DNA of 64,000 nt from an uncultured Gammaproteobacteria bacterium (GTDB lineage Bacteria > Pseudomonadota > Gammaproteobacteria > CAWCPV01), in NCBI GenBank assembly GCA_963797555.1, contig CAWCPV010000003.1, positions 288,001 to 352,000 on the forward strand, in the 5' to 3' direction. The position numbers were made by a program, and so were the translations under genes. The notes under the pieces were generated by a model. The model did no database searches. It worked only from the letters and a program-made list of their open reading frames with translations, and had not been told where the DNA came from. Positions 11,793 through 22,376 of the stretch are shown here, one piece after another (the first letter of the stretch is position 1; each line of letters starts with the position of its first letter).

Positions 11793-12110
11793 ATGAAGAA
11801 AGCTCTCGTCACCGCGATCGCCGGGGTGGTTCCGTTCGTGTTAGCGGCTTCGGCTTTCGCGGTTCCGCCCGGCCAGACCGTTGAGTTCACCCCAGAGGGA
11901 GCCGGCAAGGTGATCTTCGATGGCAAGATCCATGCTGCGAAGGGAGCCACGTGCGCTGATTGCCATCCCGGCCTGTTCCCCATGAAGAAGGGTGGCGCTA
12001 CGCTTTCCATGAAGGACATGGAAGCGGGCAAGGGCTGTGGCGCATGCCACAATGGCACCAAAGCCTTCGGCGTGAAGGATGCGGTTAGCTGCAACAAGTG
12101 CCACAAGTAG
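11793..12110 (+). CDS. periplasmic triheme c7-type cytochrome
   Basis: Signal peptide; CADCH, CGACH and CNKCH heme motifs; GKVIFDGKIH. Confidence 0.88.
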   Translation: MKKALVTAIAGVVPFVLAASAFAVPPGQTVEFTPEGAGKVIFDGKIHAAKGATCADCHPGLFPMKKGGATLSMKDMEAGKGCGACHNGTKAFGVKDAVSCNKCHK

Positions 12111-12269
12111 CGGCCTGTCATTATCCACGGTAGAAAGAGTTCGCCGTGGCGTCGGTACGGTTGTGGCGTCGGCGACAGGTTCAAATCCTTGCCTGTGCGA
12201 TGGATGTGCAGTATGACCGTCCAATTCCGGACGCCATCCGTGAGCCGACGTGCCGACTACCAAGCCAGG

Positions 12270-12550
12270 CGCTGGACAACGCCTTCATCGAGCGACTTTG
12301 GCACACGGTCAAGTACGAGGATATCTATACTGCGCGACTACCAGAGCGTCCCCGCGCTCGACCGGGCTTGACAGACTACTTTCGCCTCTACAACCATGTG
12401 CGTCCGTGCAGTGCCCTCGGGGGGGGGACTCCCGCTGAGGTCCACTGGGCATCTCTACCAATCTACCAACCCCTCACTGAGGAAACTCACAACCGCTCTC
12501 ACCCCCTTACGTATCCGGCCCTGATCCCTGTCCAGCAATTGGGGTCCACG
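12270..12550 (+). pseudogene. IS3-family transposase C-terminal fragment
   Basis: DNAFIERLWHTVKYEDIY..YN.VRP.SALGG.TPAEV. Confidence 0.8.
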
Positions 12551-12962
12551 TCAGTCCGTTTGATGGAACAACGGCTCCACGCTGCTTGTGGCAGGACTGC
12601 CGACAACGACAAGCCGAAACCTGCGAGTGCGCCTTGATGGCACTATCCCGGTTGTGTCTGCAGCACCACAAGTCGCTGACGAGGAAATCGTGGGCCTTGC
12701 CCTCCCCGATTCCCGCCAGCAACAAATTCTCTCGGCCCTGCAAGTCAAACTCGCCGCTCCTTAGCTCCTTGTAGCCAGGCGAAACGCCCGATCTGCCCAG
12801 CGAAAGTCCTTTATTTCGTTAAGGGGGGGTGGTCAAATTAGCTCCTCTTGCATCAATATATTGGGTCCCTGGACACGTCAGGGGACGACGTGGCAGGGTA
12901 AGCGCAACTTCGGGAGTTTAGGTGCTGAAACGCCCGCGCAACGCCACCCGGAGGGACCGCGC

Positions 12963-13985
12963 ATGACCATCTTGAGTCGCTGGACAAGAGAACTCGCTAA
13001 ACTGCGTCCGCACGATGCACAGGCACTCGCCACCGAGGCCATGCTGCTGCGCGCAGGGCTGCGGGCTGGTGCGGAGGCCGTCGAAGACGTGCGCGAGTTC
13101 GCCGAGGCGAGACCGCTGATGGACTTCGCCGGGGCGCTGCTGGTGCGGCACGGCGTGAAAGACGTCGAGAGCTTGTCGGCGAACCAGGTCTTGAACCGCG
13201 CCCTGGAGGTCGGCCTGACCGCCACCTTGGAGGCCGCCAGCCGCCACGCAGTGCTGATGGGCTACGACGTGGCCCCGCAAACCCACGCGTGTTGGGTGGG
13301 CAACACAGGGGTCAAGGACTTCAACGCGCAGGAGCTTGGCGACGTTGGGACGCTCTCCGGCGACTTCGAGCAAACGGCGGTACAGACCTTTAAAAAAATC
13401 GTCCAGATCGGACGCGCCGCGATGCTGAACGACGACGTTGCACCGTTCCTGCGCACCAGCAACAGCTTCGGCATAAGCGCTCGGATCGCCGAGGCGGACG
13501 TGGCATATGCCACGCTGGAGGCCGACTCCACGCTGAACGACGGGTTGGCCACATTCCACACCACGCACGGTAACCTGATGGACGCGGCTCCCCCGACGGT
13601 CACATCCTTGACGGCGGCCGTCGCGGCCCTGCGCTCGCAGGTAGACGATCAGGGCCGGGCCATCAACCTGACGCCCAGCTTCGTCGTTGTTCCCGTGAGC
13701 GTCGAGATCGGAGCGCGGCAAGCCGTCATCTCGATTTACGGCTCGGGCGACCCTGACGCGCCGCGCGTGCTGGCCGAGCCGCGGTTGACCGCGAACTGGT
13801 ATCTCACCTGCGCGCAGACGGAGCGGCCGGCGCTCCACCTGATCGCCCGGTCCGCCTCGCGCGGGCCGTCGGTCAGCATCGGCCGAATCCCGAATTTCGA
13901 CGGGGAAGCGGCGAAATGCGTTTGGGCTTTCGCCGCCGCCGTACTGTCCTGGCGCGGCGCGGTCAAGACTCCGTTGCCGTCATAG
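12963..13985 (+). CDS. phage major capsid protein homolog (Mu gpT / capsid domain of ClpP-capsid fusions), orphan
   Basis: MLNDD..F, VYATL..DG..FHTTHGNL, AALRSQ..G..INLTP.FVVVP motifs; similar to capsid at 42942. Confidence 0.7.
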   Translation: MTILSRWTRELAKLRPHDAQALATEAMLLRAGLRAGAEAVEDVREFAEARPLMDFAGALLVRHGVKDVESLSANQVLNRALEVGLTATLEAASRHAVLMGYDVAPQTHACWVGNTGVKDFNAQELGDVGTLSGDFEQTAVQTFKKIVQIGRAAMLNDDVAPFLRTSNSFGISARIAEADVAYATLEADSTLNDGLATFHTTHGNLMDAAPPTVTSLTAAVAALRSQVDDQGRAINLTPSFVVVPVSVEIGARQAVISIYGSGDPDAPRVLAEPRLTANWYLTCAQTERPALHLIARSASRGPSVSIGRIPNFDGEAAKCVWAFAAAVLSWRGAVKTPLPS

Positions 13986-14136
13986 AGCACAGGCGCACTG
14001 CCACCTGCCTTTGCGTTCATCGCTTTCGGTTCGCCCGATTGAAAGGCCGGGTACTCTTTACCAGGTGAAACGTGGACGGGTCTGCACGGTTCTATCGTCG
14101 CACCACAACACCGGAGGAAGCGGTCGATACAGCACA

Positions 14137-15222
14137 CTAGTGTAGTGCTTCATTCTGTTTAGAACTTAAACGTGCGTTGGCGCGGATGACCTTCTGCAGG
14201 ATGTCCTTAGCCTTGGCGGTCCAGATGAAGGGTTTGGGATTGGCGTTGTGGGCATCGACATAGCGGTTGATGGCATGGATCAACTCGGGGACGCTTCGAA
14301 ACACGCCACGGCGCAACCGATCCACAGTCAGGTCGCGGAAGAATCGCTCGACCATGTTCAACCAGGATGCTGAGGTGGGCGTGAAATGGATGTGGAAACG
14401 CGGGTGTTTTCCCAGCCATTTCTGAACGTTGGGATGTTTGTGGGTGGCGTAGTTGTCGCAGACCAAGTGCAGTTCCTTGTCCTTGGGCGTCTCGCGGTCG
14501 ATTTGGCGCAGGAAGGTGAGCCACTCCGTGTGGCGATGGTGCGGCTCGCAGCGGGCAATCACGGAACCCTCCAAGGTGTTCAGGGCAGCAAACAGTGTCG
14601 TGGTGCCATGGCGCTTGTAGTCATGGGTCATGGTCGCAGCCCGCCCCTTCTTCAGCGGCAGGCCAGGTTGGGTACGATCCAGCGCCTGAACCTGACTCTT
14701 CTCGTCGCAGCACAACACCAAAGCATGCTCCGGGGGGGACAGATACAGCCCGACGATGTCCTCCAACTTCTCGGTGAATTTCGGGTCGCGCGATACCTTG
14801 AAGGATTCGACACGATGCGGCTTCAGCCCATGGGCATGCCACACGCGCAGCACCGTGGTGTCGCTCACTCCCATTTCCTTAGCCAGGGTCCGCGTACTCC
14901 ACTGTGTCGCTGCTAAGGGCTGGGTCTGAGTCGTGCGTCGCACGATCTCGGCGGCATCCACCTTGGGCTGACGACCTCCGCGCGGCAGGTCACACTCGAT
15001 GGCCGCCAGCCCGCCTTGCGCATAGCGCTCCCGCCAACGCCCAACCTGCACACGCCCAATCTTGAGTTCCGCCGCGATGGCCTTGTTCTCCATGCCCACC
15101 GCCGCCAACAGCACAATGCGCGCTCGGCGGGCCAGCCTCACACTCGTGGTGTTCGAACGCGACACACGCCTCAGGCTCCGCTGTTCTTCCGCGCTCAGTC
15201 GGACCATCGGGGCTACTCGCAT
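14137..15222 (-). CDS. IS630-family transposase
   Basis: DEKSQVQALDR, DNYATHK, SWLNMVERFF. Confidence 0.95.
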   Translation of the reverse strand: MRVAPMVRLSAEEQRSLRRVSRSNTTSVRLARRARIVLLAAVGMENKAIAAELKIGRVQVGRWRERYAQGGLAAIECDLPRGGRQPKVDAAEIVRRTTQTQPLAATQWSTRTLAKEMGVSDTTVLRVWHAHGLKPHRVESFKVSRDPKFTEKLEDIVGLYLSPPEHALVLCCDEKSQVQALDRTQPGLPLKKGRAATMTHDYKRHGTTTLFAALNTLEGSVIARCEPHHRHTEWLTFLRQIDRETPKDKELHLVCDNYATHKHPNVQKWLGKHPRFHIHFTPTSASWLNMVERFFRDLTVDRLRRGVFRSVPELIHAINRYVDAHNANPKPFIWTAKAKDILQKVIRANARLSSKQNEALH

Positions 15223-15303
15223 CAGTGCTCTCCTGTCTTGGCTTCATAGCCCTGGACAGCGATAGATCATATATGTTCCGTTAATTACCAAGCACTACAC
15301 TAG
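14137..15303 (-). mobile_element. IS630-family element, apparently intact
   Basis: Terminal IRs ctagtgtagtgctt / aagcactacactag including CTAG. Confidence 0.92.
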
Positions 15304-16126
15304 TAGGCTGTCGAAGGTCGAAGAGCGCGAGGCCACAGCGACCTTGCAGCGACTCGCAGAGTCCCCCAACGCTGTCAGCGCCATCCGTCAACGCTGCCTC
15401 GCCTGCGCGAGGTCACCATCGGCCGTGTGGATCTGTCGGTTCGGGTAGGAAAAAATCGCCGCTCATAGGGAAGATGTCGATGGAGTATTAGCAGAGCCTG
15501 ATATAGTGCTGACGGACTCAGAAGGTGGAAAGCGTGTTGCTGGTGTACGCCCTTGCCCACAACCTGATGCGCACTGCCTTCTTGCGCCTGCGGAAAGCCA
15601 GCCAACCCGATAACGGCACCGCCCGCCCCGGCGCGCGGGCCTCGGAAGGATCCATCGCGCCGCTTCGATGATCTGGGTTTCGGTGCTCCAGGGCCTTTCT
15701 GAACCCGCTGCTCGCGTTCTTGGGCCGCTCGCGAGTGGGCACAAAAAGCCCGCTCGCGCTGGGAGCTTGCTGGCGGGTCGTCTTGAAGCTCTTGGCACGG
15801 TGCTTCGACCTGCACAGGGGCTTCTTGGAGAGCGTTCTCCAGGGTCGGTTGGGACAGAAACTTGCCCTGCACCACCCTAACGATCATTGCGTCTGGCGCC
15901 ACCCCAGAGGATGAAAGAAGCTGTGGGGTGGGAGACGGCGGGAAGAGGTCGCGCAAGTTTTTGGCGGCTCGACCCCGCAACCTAACGTGACCCGCCGGAC
16001 CGACTCGTACCCCGGATTGCTTCCCTACAGAGCGCACGTTAAACAGGCCGTCTGTCTGACGTCAATTACTCTGTCCGGTTGACGACAACTAGAATGGCCG
16101 CTCTGTAGTGTAGGCGGTAGTTGTCG

Positions 16127-16891
16127 TCAGCTCTTGTTCGATACCTCCTGGTTGCGGGTTGCTTGGCGCTTTCGGTAGCTCTGCCCGTTGAGTTCGATGA
16201 TGTGGGCATGGTGGACGAGCCGGTCGATGGCGGCGACGGCCATCATGTTGTCGGGGAAGATCGCATCCCACTCGCTGAAGGGGTGGTTGCTGGTGATCAG
16301 GAGACTGCCGCTCTCGTAGCGGTGGGCGATGAGCTCGAAGAGCACGGAGCTTTCCATCTCGGTGCGCTTGACGTAGCCGATGTCATCGAGGACGAGCAGC
16401 GGGTACTTGTCGAGCTTGGCGAGCGCATCGCTGAGCCTGAGGGCCTGTTTGGCGGTTTGAAGCTCCTGGACGAGGCTGGTTGCCGAGGCGAAACGCACCC
16501 GCACCCCTTGGCTGATGAGCCCGTGCCCAATGGCTGCGGCGAGATGGGTTTTGCCGACGCCGGAGGGCCCGAAGAGCAGGAGGTTGTCGGTGCGCTCGAC
16601 CCAGGTGGCATCCTCGGCGAGCTGCACAATCTGCTGGCGGTTCAGCCCGGCGCTGGCCGTGAAGTCGAAGTGCTGGAGCGTCTTGCCCGCGGGCAGGCGG
16701 GCATCGTTGAGGTGGCGCTCCAGGCGCCGCCGCTCGCGTTCGGCGAGCTCGTGCTCGCAGAGCGCGGCGAGATAGTCGGCGAGGCTCCAGTGGTGCTCGA
16801 GGGCCCGGGTTTGCAGCGGTTGATACAGCCGTGCCATGGTCGGCAGGCGCAGCTCCCTGAGCAGCAGGGGCAAGGTGGCGGCGTTAGCCAT
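16127..16891 (-). CDS. istB: IS21 helper ATPase IstB
   Basis: GPSGVGKTHLA, LLVLDDIGY, ITSN, DRLVHH. Confidence 0.95.
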   Translation of the reverse strand: MANAATLPLLLRELRLPTMARLYQPLQTRALEHHWSLADYLAALCEHELAERERRRLERHLNDARLPAGKTLQHFDFTASAGLNRQQIVQLAEDATWVERTDNLLLFGPSGVGKTHLAAAIGHGLISQGVRVRFASATSLVQELQTAKQALRLSDALAKLDKYPLLVLDDIGYVKRTEMESSVLFELIAHRYESGSLLITSNHPFSEWDAIFPDNMMAVAAIDRLVHHAHIIELNGQSYRKRQATRNQEVSNKS

Positions 16892-18413
16892 GGCACACCT
16901 CCTCGGCGGCACTGCGGTGGGTGGCGGGCAGGAGCGCGTCATAGTCGGCCAGCGGGTGCTGAGCAGTGGCGCCGAGAGGGAGCGTCGCGGGGGCTGGCGG
17001 TGCGAAGCGTTGTTGCAGGGCGCTGAGCGTGGGCGATAGGCCTCGCTCCAGGGCGGCCAGCCAGTGGGTCCCCAGGGCCTCCTGGCACTCGTGCTCGGCG
17101 GCGAGCTTGAGTGCGCCGACCATGCGCTTGCAGGCGTCGGCGGGCGCAAGGGTAGCGTCCAGATGCTGCCAGATACGCTGATAGGTGGCATCCGGAAGCA
17201 GGGCGTCGCGGTACTGGAGCCGATAGAAGGCGCGGGGCTTCTTCACCAGCCATCCCACGAGATGGCGATAGTCGATGCGGCTCGCCCGGCGCTTGCCCGG
17301 GGCCGGGTAGACCCGCGGGAGGATGAGCAGGGCCTCGGTGCCGAGGAACAGCTCCAGGCGGGCGTCATAGAGGTGCACCCGCAGGCGCTCGCCGATGAGC
17401 CGCGCGGGGACCGAGTAGACCACCAAGCGCACGGTGATGGTGCTGGCGGTGGTGACCTTCACCCACAGCTCGGTGTAGTCGGCCGCGAAGGTCACCGGCA
17501 GGGGCCGCAGATGGGGGCGCTCGGCCTCGATGGCGGTGGCGTTACGCCGGTTGACGGCGGCGGTGACGGTGTCGAGAAAGTCCTGGTAGGACGCCACCGA
17601 GGGGAACTCGGCACTGCCCCGGGCCAGAAGGCGCTGCACGATACGGCGCTTCAAATGCCCGTGGGGTGACTCGATGCTGCCGTTCTCGTGGCAGGCCCCG
17701 GGGTTGTTGCGCGTCGGCCTCATCCCATAATGGGCGCAGAGCGCCGCGTAGCGCGCCGCAAGGTCGTGCTGGGCCTCAGCCGAGAGGTTCTTGAACGCCG
17801 CCGAGAGGCTGTCAGTGCGGTGCTCGGCCGGTGCACCGCCCAGGCGCAGCAGCGCCTGGCTGAGCCCCTCGGCGAGCGCCGTGAAGCTCTCCCCGCCCAG
17901 CACCACCCGCACCGTGCACCAGCCGCTGTAGGCCAGGCGGAAATGGTAGAGGCGGTGGGCGAGCGGCTCGCCGGCGATGGTGACGGTGACGTCCTTGAGC
18001 ACGGTGAAATCCGACAAACCCCGCAGTCCCGGGACCTGCTGCTGTGGGAACATCACCTCCTTCTCGGGTCCATGCGCCGCCCGCCAGGCCTTCACCCGGC
18101 GCTGCAAGGTGCGCAATAGCTTGTCCGGGTACTGGCCCGGATGGCGCTCCTGGAGCCCTTCCAAGAGCGTCAGCGCGTGCAGTGCCGGGGTGTGCTCAAG
18201 CAGTGGGACCAGCTCGCTGTCCCACACGGTGTCAAAGGGGTCGCGGCGCGTTCGATACCGCCGCGCGCCCCGCGGTGCTCGACGCTCGTCCCGCTCGTCA
18301 AGACGGCGCGCCGTGCGCTCCGAGAAACCCGCCTTGGCGGCGGCGGTTACTTGGTTCTTACCTGCGGTTCTCTGTGACATATAGACCTTGACCTGTTGCG
18401 GTGTGACGGCCAT
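16884..18413 (-). CDS. istA: IS21 transposase IstA
   Basis: LRTLQRRV..W, SDFT, HRTDSLSAA, HENGSIES. Confidence 0.95.
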   Translation of the reverse strand: MAVTPQQVKVYMSQRTAGKNQVTAAAKAGFSERTARRLDERDERRAPRGARRYRTRRDPFDTVWDSELVPLLEHTPALHALTLLEGLQERHPGQYPDKLLRTLQRRVKAWRAAHGPEKEVMFPQQQVPGLRGLSDFTVLKDVTVTIAGEPLAHRLYHFRLAYSGWCTVRVVLGGESFTALAEGLSQALLRLGGAPAEHRTDSLSAAFKNLSAEAQHDLAARYAALCAHYGMRPTRNNPGACHENGSIESPHGHLKRRIVQRLLARGSAEFPSVASYQDFLDTVTAAVNRRNATAIEAERPHLRPLPVTFAADYTELWVKVTTASTITVRLVVYSVPARLIGERLRVHLYDARLELFLGTEALLILPRVYPAPGKRRASRIDYRHLVGWLVKKPRAFYRLQYRDALLPDATYQRIWQHLDATLAPADACKRMVGALKLAAEHECQEALGTHWLAALERGLSPTLSALQQRFAPPAPATLPLGATAQHPLADYDALLPATHRSAAEEVCHG

Positions 18414-18599
18414 CCCTCCCCCCGAAGCATCGGATGTCAGAACGCCGCCAGTGTGGCCGATCAACCGGACAAAGTAGTTGTCGCCAACCGGTCAACGTAA
18501 TTGTCGCTCTATAGCCGTCGGCGGCTTGCCGCCTTCAGGCTCACTCGGTCCGGCACCCGCCGTCTCCCATCTCTTGAGTGTATTGCGACGGGAGACGAC

Positions 18600-19787
18600 A
18601 TGGAACTGGTAGCGATCTTCAAGCGTGTCATCGGTCTGGATGTGCATCAGGGGCAAGTGACCGCCTGTGCCATCCTTGAGGAGGCCGACGGCCAAGTCTA
18701 CATCGAGCAACGCCAATTCGGTGCCTTCAAGAAAGACCGCCGGGCGCTCGCGGAGTGGTGCGCGGGATTTCGCCCGGAGGAGGTGGTCATGGAGAGCACC
18801 GGCATTTACTGGAAAAGTCCTTACGCAGCCCTAGAGGCGCACGGCATCCAAGCCAAGGTGGTCAACGCCCGCCACGTCAAGCAGGTCCCGGGACGCAAGA
18901 CCGACATCGGCGATGCCCAGTGGCTGGCCATGTTGGCTCGCGCCGCTCTGTTGCGCGCCTCCTTCGTGCCGAAGGCCAAACTGCGCGAGCTGCGCCTGAT
19001 CGCCCGGCAGCGACAGAAGCTCGTGGGCTTGGCTGCCTCGGAGAAGAACCGGCTGCACAAGGTGCTCACCGATGGTGGCATCCGCCTGGGGGTGGTGGTG
19101 AGCGATATCCACGGCCAGTCGGCCCGTGCCATGCTGAAAGCCCTCATCCAGGGGGCTGCTGCCCACGAGGTCCTCCCCCTGGCCAGCCGCCGGCTGAAGG
19201 CGAGCCGCGAGGAGCTGCTCGATGCCCTGCAGGGGGACCTGACCGAGTCTCATCGCTTCGTCCTCGATGAATTGATGCGCCACATCGAGGAGCTCGAAGC
19301 CCGCATCGCCCGCTTCGATGCTCGCTTGCTCGAAGGCCTGAAGGAGGAGGCCAACAGCCTGCTGTTGTTGCAGACCCTACCAGGGGTCAATGTCATCGGT
19401 GCCGCCATGCTGCTGGTGGAAATCGGTAGCGACATGAGCGCCTTCGGTCATGCCGAGCGGCTCGCTTCCTGGGTGGGTATCTGCCCCGGCAACCACGAGT
19501 CGGCCGGCAAGCGCCAATCGGGGCGCACCCGCAAGGGCAACCCCTATGTGCGTCGTCTGCTGTGCGAGTTCGCCCATGCCGCAAGCCGTACCCGCTTGCG
19601 CCGCGGCCGCAAACGAGCCATCATCGCTCTGGCCCACAAGATGTTGCGTATCATCTTCTGCATGCTCTCGCGCGGCCAACACTACCGGGATTCGGCCACT
19701 GACTATGAAGCCCTATTTGTGAAACGCAACGCCCCACGCTGGATCAAGGCCCTCAGCCGCTACGGCTTCCTGCCAGCCGCCGCCTGA
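18600..19787 (+). CDS. IS110-family DEDD recombinase (possible short C-terminal deletion)
   Basis: GLDVH, MESTGIYW, KTDIGDAQWLA, ESAGK. Confidence 0.95.
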   Translation: MELVAIFKRVIGLDVHQGQVTACAILEEADGQVYIEQRQFGAFKKDRRALAEWCAGFRPEEVVMESTGIYWKSPYAALEAHGIQAKVVNARHVKQVPGRKTDIGDAQWLAMLARAALLRASFVPKAKLRELRLIARQRQKLVGLAASEKNRLHKVLTDGGIRLGVVVSDIHGQSARAMLKALIQGAAAHEVLPLASRRLKASREELLDALQGDLTESHRFVLDELMRHIEELEARIARFDARLLEGLKEEANSLLLLQTLPGVNVIGAAMLLVEIGSDMSAFGHAERLASWVGICPGNHESAGKRQSGRTRKGNPYVRRLLCEFAHAASRTRLRRGRKRAIIALAHKMLRIIFCMLSRGQHYRDSATDYEALFVKRNAPRWIKALSRYGFLPAAA

Positions 19788-19861
19788 ACCCTTCACCCCC
19801 TCCTCCTATGGCCCTCATCGGCCAGGCTCCGTCACGCCCAAAAACCGGCTTCTTTCACGTT

Positions 19862-20095
19862 AAAGTCCGCCAAACTGTGGTAGTTCACCGCCACCCCACC
19901 GCACAGCAGCGGTAGGCATCATGCTGTTGGCACAGGCGCTCGAGCGTCCGCGCACTGCCCCCTCCACGGTCGCACACAGCCACAGCGCCATCAGGATCGC
20001 AGGGGCAATCGGCGGGCGTCCCGCCCCGCTCTCCACAGACCGGATCCCCTGATACAGGGGCGATAGATCGATTCCCTCTACGAACGCCCAAACCC
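19862..20095 (-). pseudogene. IS1182-family transposase N-terminal fragment
   Basis: VWAFVEGIDLSPLY..GRPP..P.ILMALWL..SARTLERLC..VNYH.LADF. Confidence 0.7.
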
Positions 20096-20099
20096 CTGC

Positions 20100-20190
20100 G
20101 CCGTTGTCGGTCACCAAGAGCGGGGGCTTCGCCAGGGGTCCGTGCAGCCGCTCCGCCTCGGCGCGGGCGCTATCGAGCGCGGCGGCGACC
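20100..20190 (-). pseudogene. IS3-family fragment
   Basis: Near reverse complement of about 34752-34842. Confidence 0.7.
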
Positions 20191-20285
20191 CGGCTGCCTA
20201 TCTTCGACCCTGCCTCTGCTCGGCGGGAATTCTTCAGAAATTTTACCGACGCTCAGCCAATCCTCCTGTAAGTCCTTGTCCTGTT

Positions 20286-20335
20286 TGGCGTCCCCAACGG
20301 GATTCGAACCCGTGTTGCAGCCTTGAAAGGGCTGT
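20286..20335 (-). repeat. att site: duplicated 3' 50 bp of tRNA-Glu
   Basis: Matches 28988-29037. Confidence 0.95.
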
Positions 20336-20471
20336 CTGACGTCCGCAGCCGTCCGTCGCTGTCCACGTAACCCATTCTCCCGCTTGCTTTCCTGTCCATG
20401 CTCGTCCATACTCGTCCGTAGGGTTCCACCCTGGGGTATTACGGAAGATTACGGAAGCGAGGGTTACCGCC

Positions 20472-21712
20472 ATGCCAAGAATCGCACGGGACGCGCGCAT
20501 CGAGACACGGGACGCCCGGACCCGGCTGAAGGTCCGCAAGGAGCCGTACTGGCGACAGATTCACTTCGGGCTGTCGGTCGGGTACTACCGGGGCGCTCAC
20601 GCAGCCGCCTGGGTAGTGCGTCGCAGGGTAGACAGCCGCTATGCCTTCGAGACCTTGGGCGCCGCAGACGACCACCAGGACGCCAACGGTCTGGACGTCC
20701 TGAGCTACGCCCAAGCCTGCCGCAAGGCCATGGAGCTGGCCGATCAGGCCGTGACCGCGCCGGTCGAGCGCGGCTACACCGTGGCCGATGCCTGTCGGGA
20801 CTATCTGCTGTGGTTCAGGGCGCACCGCAAGAGCTACCGGGACACGGAGCGCACCGTCAACGCGCACATCCTGCCCGCCCTGGGGGCGCAAGGTAGCGAA
20901 CCTGACGACGGTGGATCTGCGCCGCTGGCACCAAGAGCTTGCGGAGGCCCCGGTCAGGCGCCGCGGCAAGCTGGTCCCTGCGGACCCCACCGATACCGAC
21001 GCGACGCGGGCCAGGAAGGCCACGGCGAACCGAATCCTGACCGTGCTGAAGGCCACGTTGAACATGGCCTACCGCGAGGGGAAGGCATCGACAGACGAAG
21101 CCTGGGATTGCGTGCGCCCGTTCCGTGCGGTCGAGGAGCCGAAGGTCCGCTATCTGACCGCGGCCGAAGCCGAAGCGGCTGATCAACGCCTGCCTGCCAG
21201 ACTTCCGGGATTTAGTGGTCGGTGCGCTGCTCACCGGCTGCCGGTACGGGGAGCTCTGCCGGCTGAAGGTCGGAGATTGTGACCGGGACGCGGGCACGAT
21301 CAGGGTCTCGGAGAGCAAAGCCGGGAAGGCCCGCCATGTGCCGCTGACCGACGAAGGCCAAGCGCTGTTCGAACGGATGGCGGCCGGCCGGCGCGGGACC
21401 GCTCCCGTGTTCGTGCGTCCCGACGGGGAGCCCTGGGGCCAGTCGCACCAAGTCCGGCCCATCCGGGAGGCGAGCCGGCGAGCCGGAATAGACCCGCCCG
21501 TGTCGTTCCACATCATCCGCCACACCTATGGGTCTCTGCTCGCCATGCGGGGCACGCCACTGGACGTGATCGCCGCGGCCCTGGGGCACAGCGACACGCG
21601 CATGACTTCCCGCCACTACGCCCACCTGCAGCCGTCCTATGTGGCGCAGACCATCCGGGCGAACCTGCCGAGCTTCGGGGTTCGGCCTGGGAACGTGCGG
21701 CGCATCGGGTGA
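20472..21712 (+). CDS. int: tyrosine integrase (frameshifted)
   Basis: TGCRYGEL, SKAGKARHVPL, HIIRH, LGH, RHY catalytic motifs; next to att. Confidence 0.92.
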
Positions 21713-21717
21713 GCGCC

Positions 21718-22266
21718 ATGGAGCAATTCAGCCGATGGTGCCGACATGTCGGAGGGAAGCCCGACGGCTACGCCCGCCTGTATGAGTTCGCCAAAGCCAT
21801 GGAGCGAGGCGAGACGCCTCGCCCCGAGCTGTTGCGCGAGCTGGCGGACGTGTTCAATCGGATTCTTGGATGACCAAGACCCGGCGCGCGCCCTGGGGCT
21901 GAAGAAACGCCAAGGACGCCGGATCACCATTCAGTCGTTGGACCGTGCGATTCTATCGCAGAGGGCGTCGTCTGGCTGCGCCTGGGAGGCTGCCCACTGG
22001 AAGCGAACGACCCTCGGCGCGTCGGAGCCTTCGCTGAAGTCGCTAAGCTTGCGAACAAAGCAGAGGCGACAGTGCGCGCGCAGTATGCCAGGCATCGCCG
22101 CAGCGCCATCCTCGAAGTGAAGATGAAACTTCTTACCGTGCTGGCCGTCGATCGGATGCACGGCAAAGACCCGAACCCCGACGTTTTGTCCTTGCTGGAG
22201 AAGCTGCCGCAGCCTTTTGCGCTCGTGACGGCTGATGTTCTCGCCTGGCTCTCTTATCAGAACTAA
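21718..22266 (+). CDS. hypothetical protein (frameshifted), possible regulator
   Basis: ATG directly after int; same position as 58159 ORF in element C. Confidence 0.4.
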
Positions 22267-22376
22267 GCCGCCAAGTACACCCCCAAGAAATCACCGTCGA
22301 TTTGTTGAGGGTTAGCATTCGCTGATCCGCGTGGTGAAATTGCTCCTTCGCCTATCCGCGCACGGAGTAAGACACC

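Larger units (their letters stand above)
16053..18513 (-). mobile_element. IS21-family element
   Basis: istAB, imperfect IRs (caattac..ccggttg.cgacaacta), 6-bp target duplication GCCGTC at 16047-16052 and 18514-18519. Confidence 0.93.
15912..19857 (+). mobile_element. IS110-family element with an IS21 inserted in its 5' non-coding region
   Basis: Sub-terminal IR tgaaagaagc (15912) / gcttctttca (19848); stems in the non-coding end pair across the IS21. Confidence 0.75.

Noticed and set aside
16121-17669. Long plus-strand ORFs opposite istAB, and similar antisense ORFs (22780, 35487, 55949)
   Set aside because: Shadow ORFs of GC-rich genes or of intron RNA, with no motifs
20286-20335. Extra tRNA genes at 20286, 36849 and 56702
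   Set aside because: Only 3' halves without D arm or 5' acceptor strand; these are att duplications
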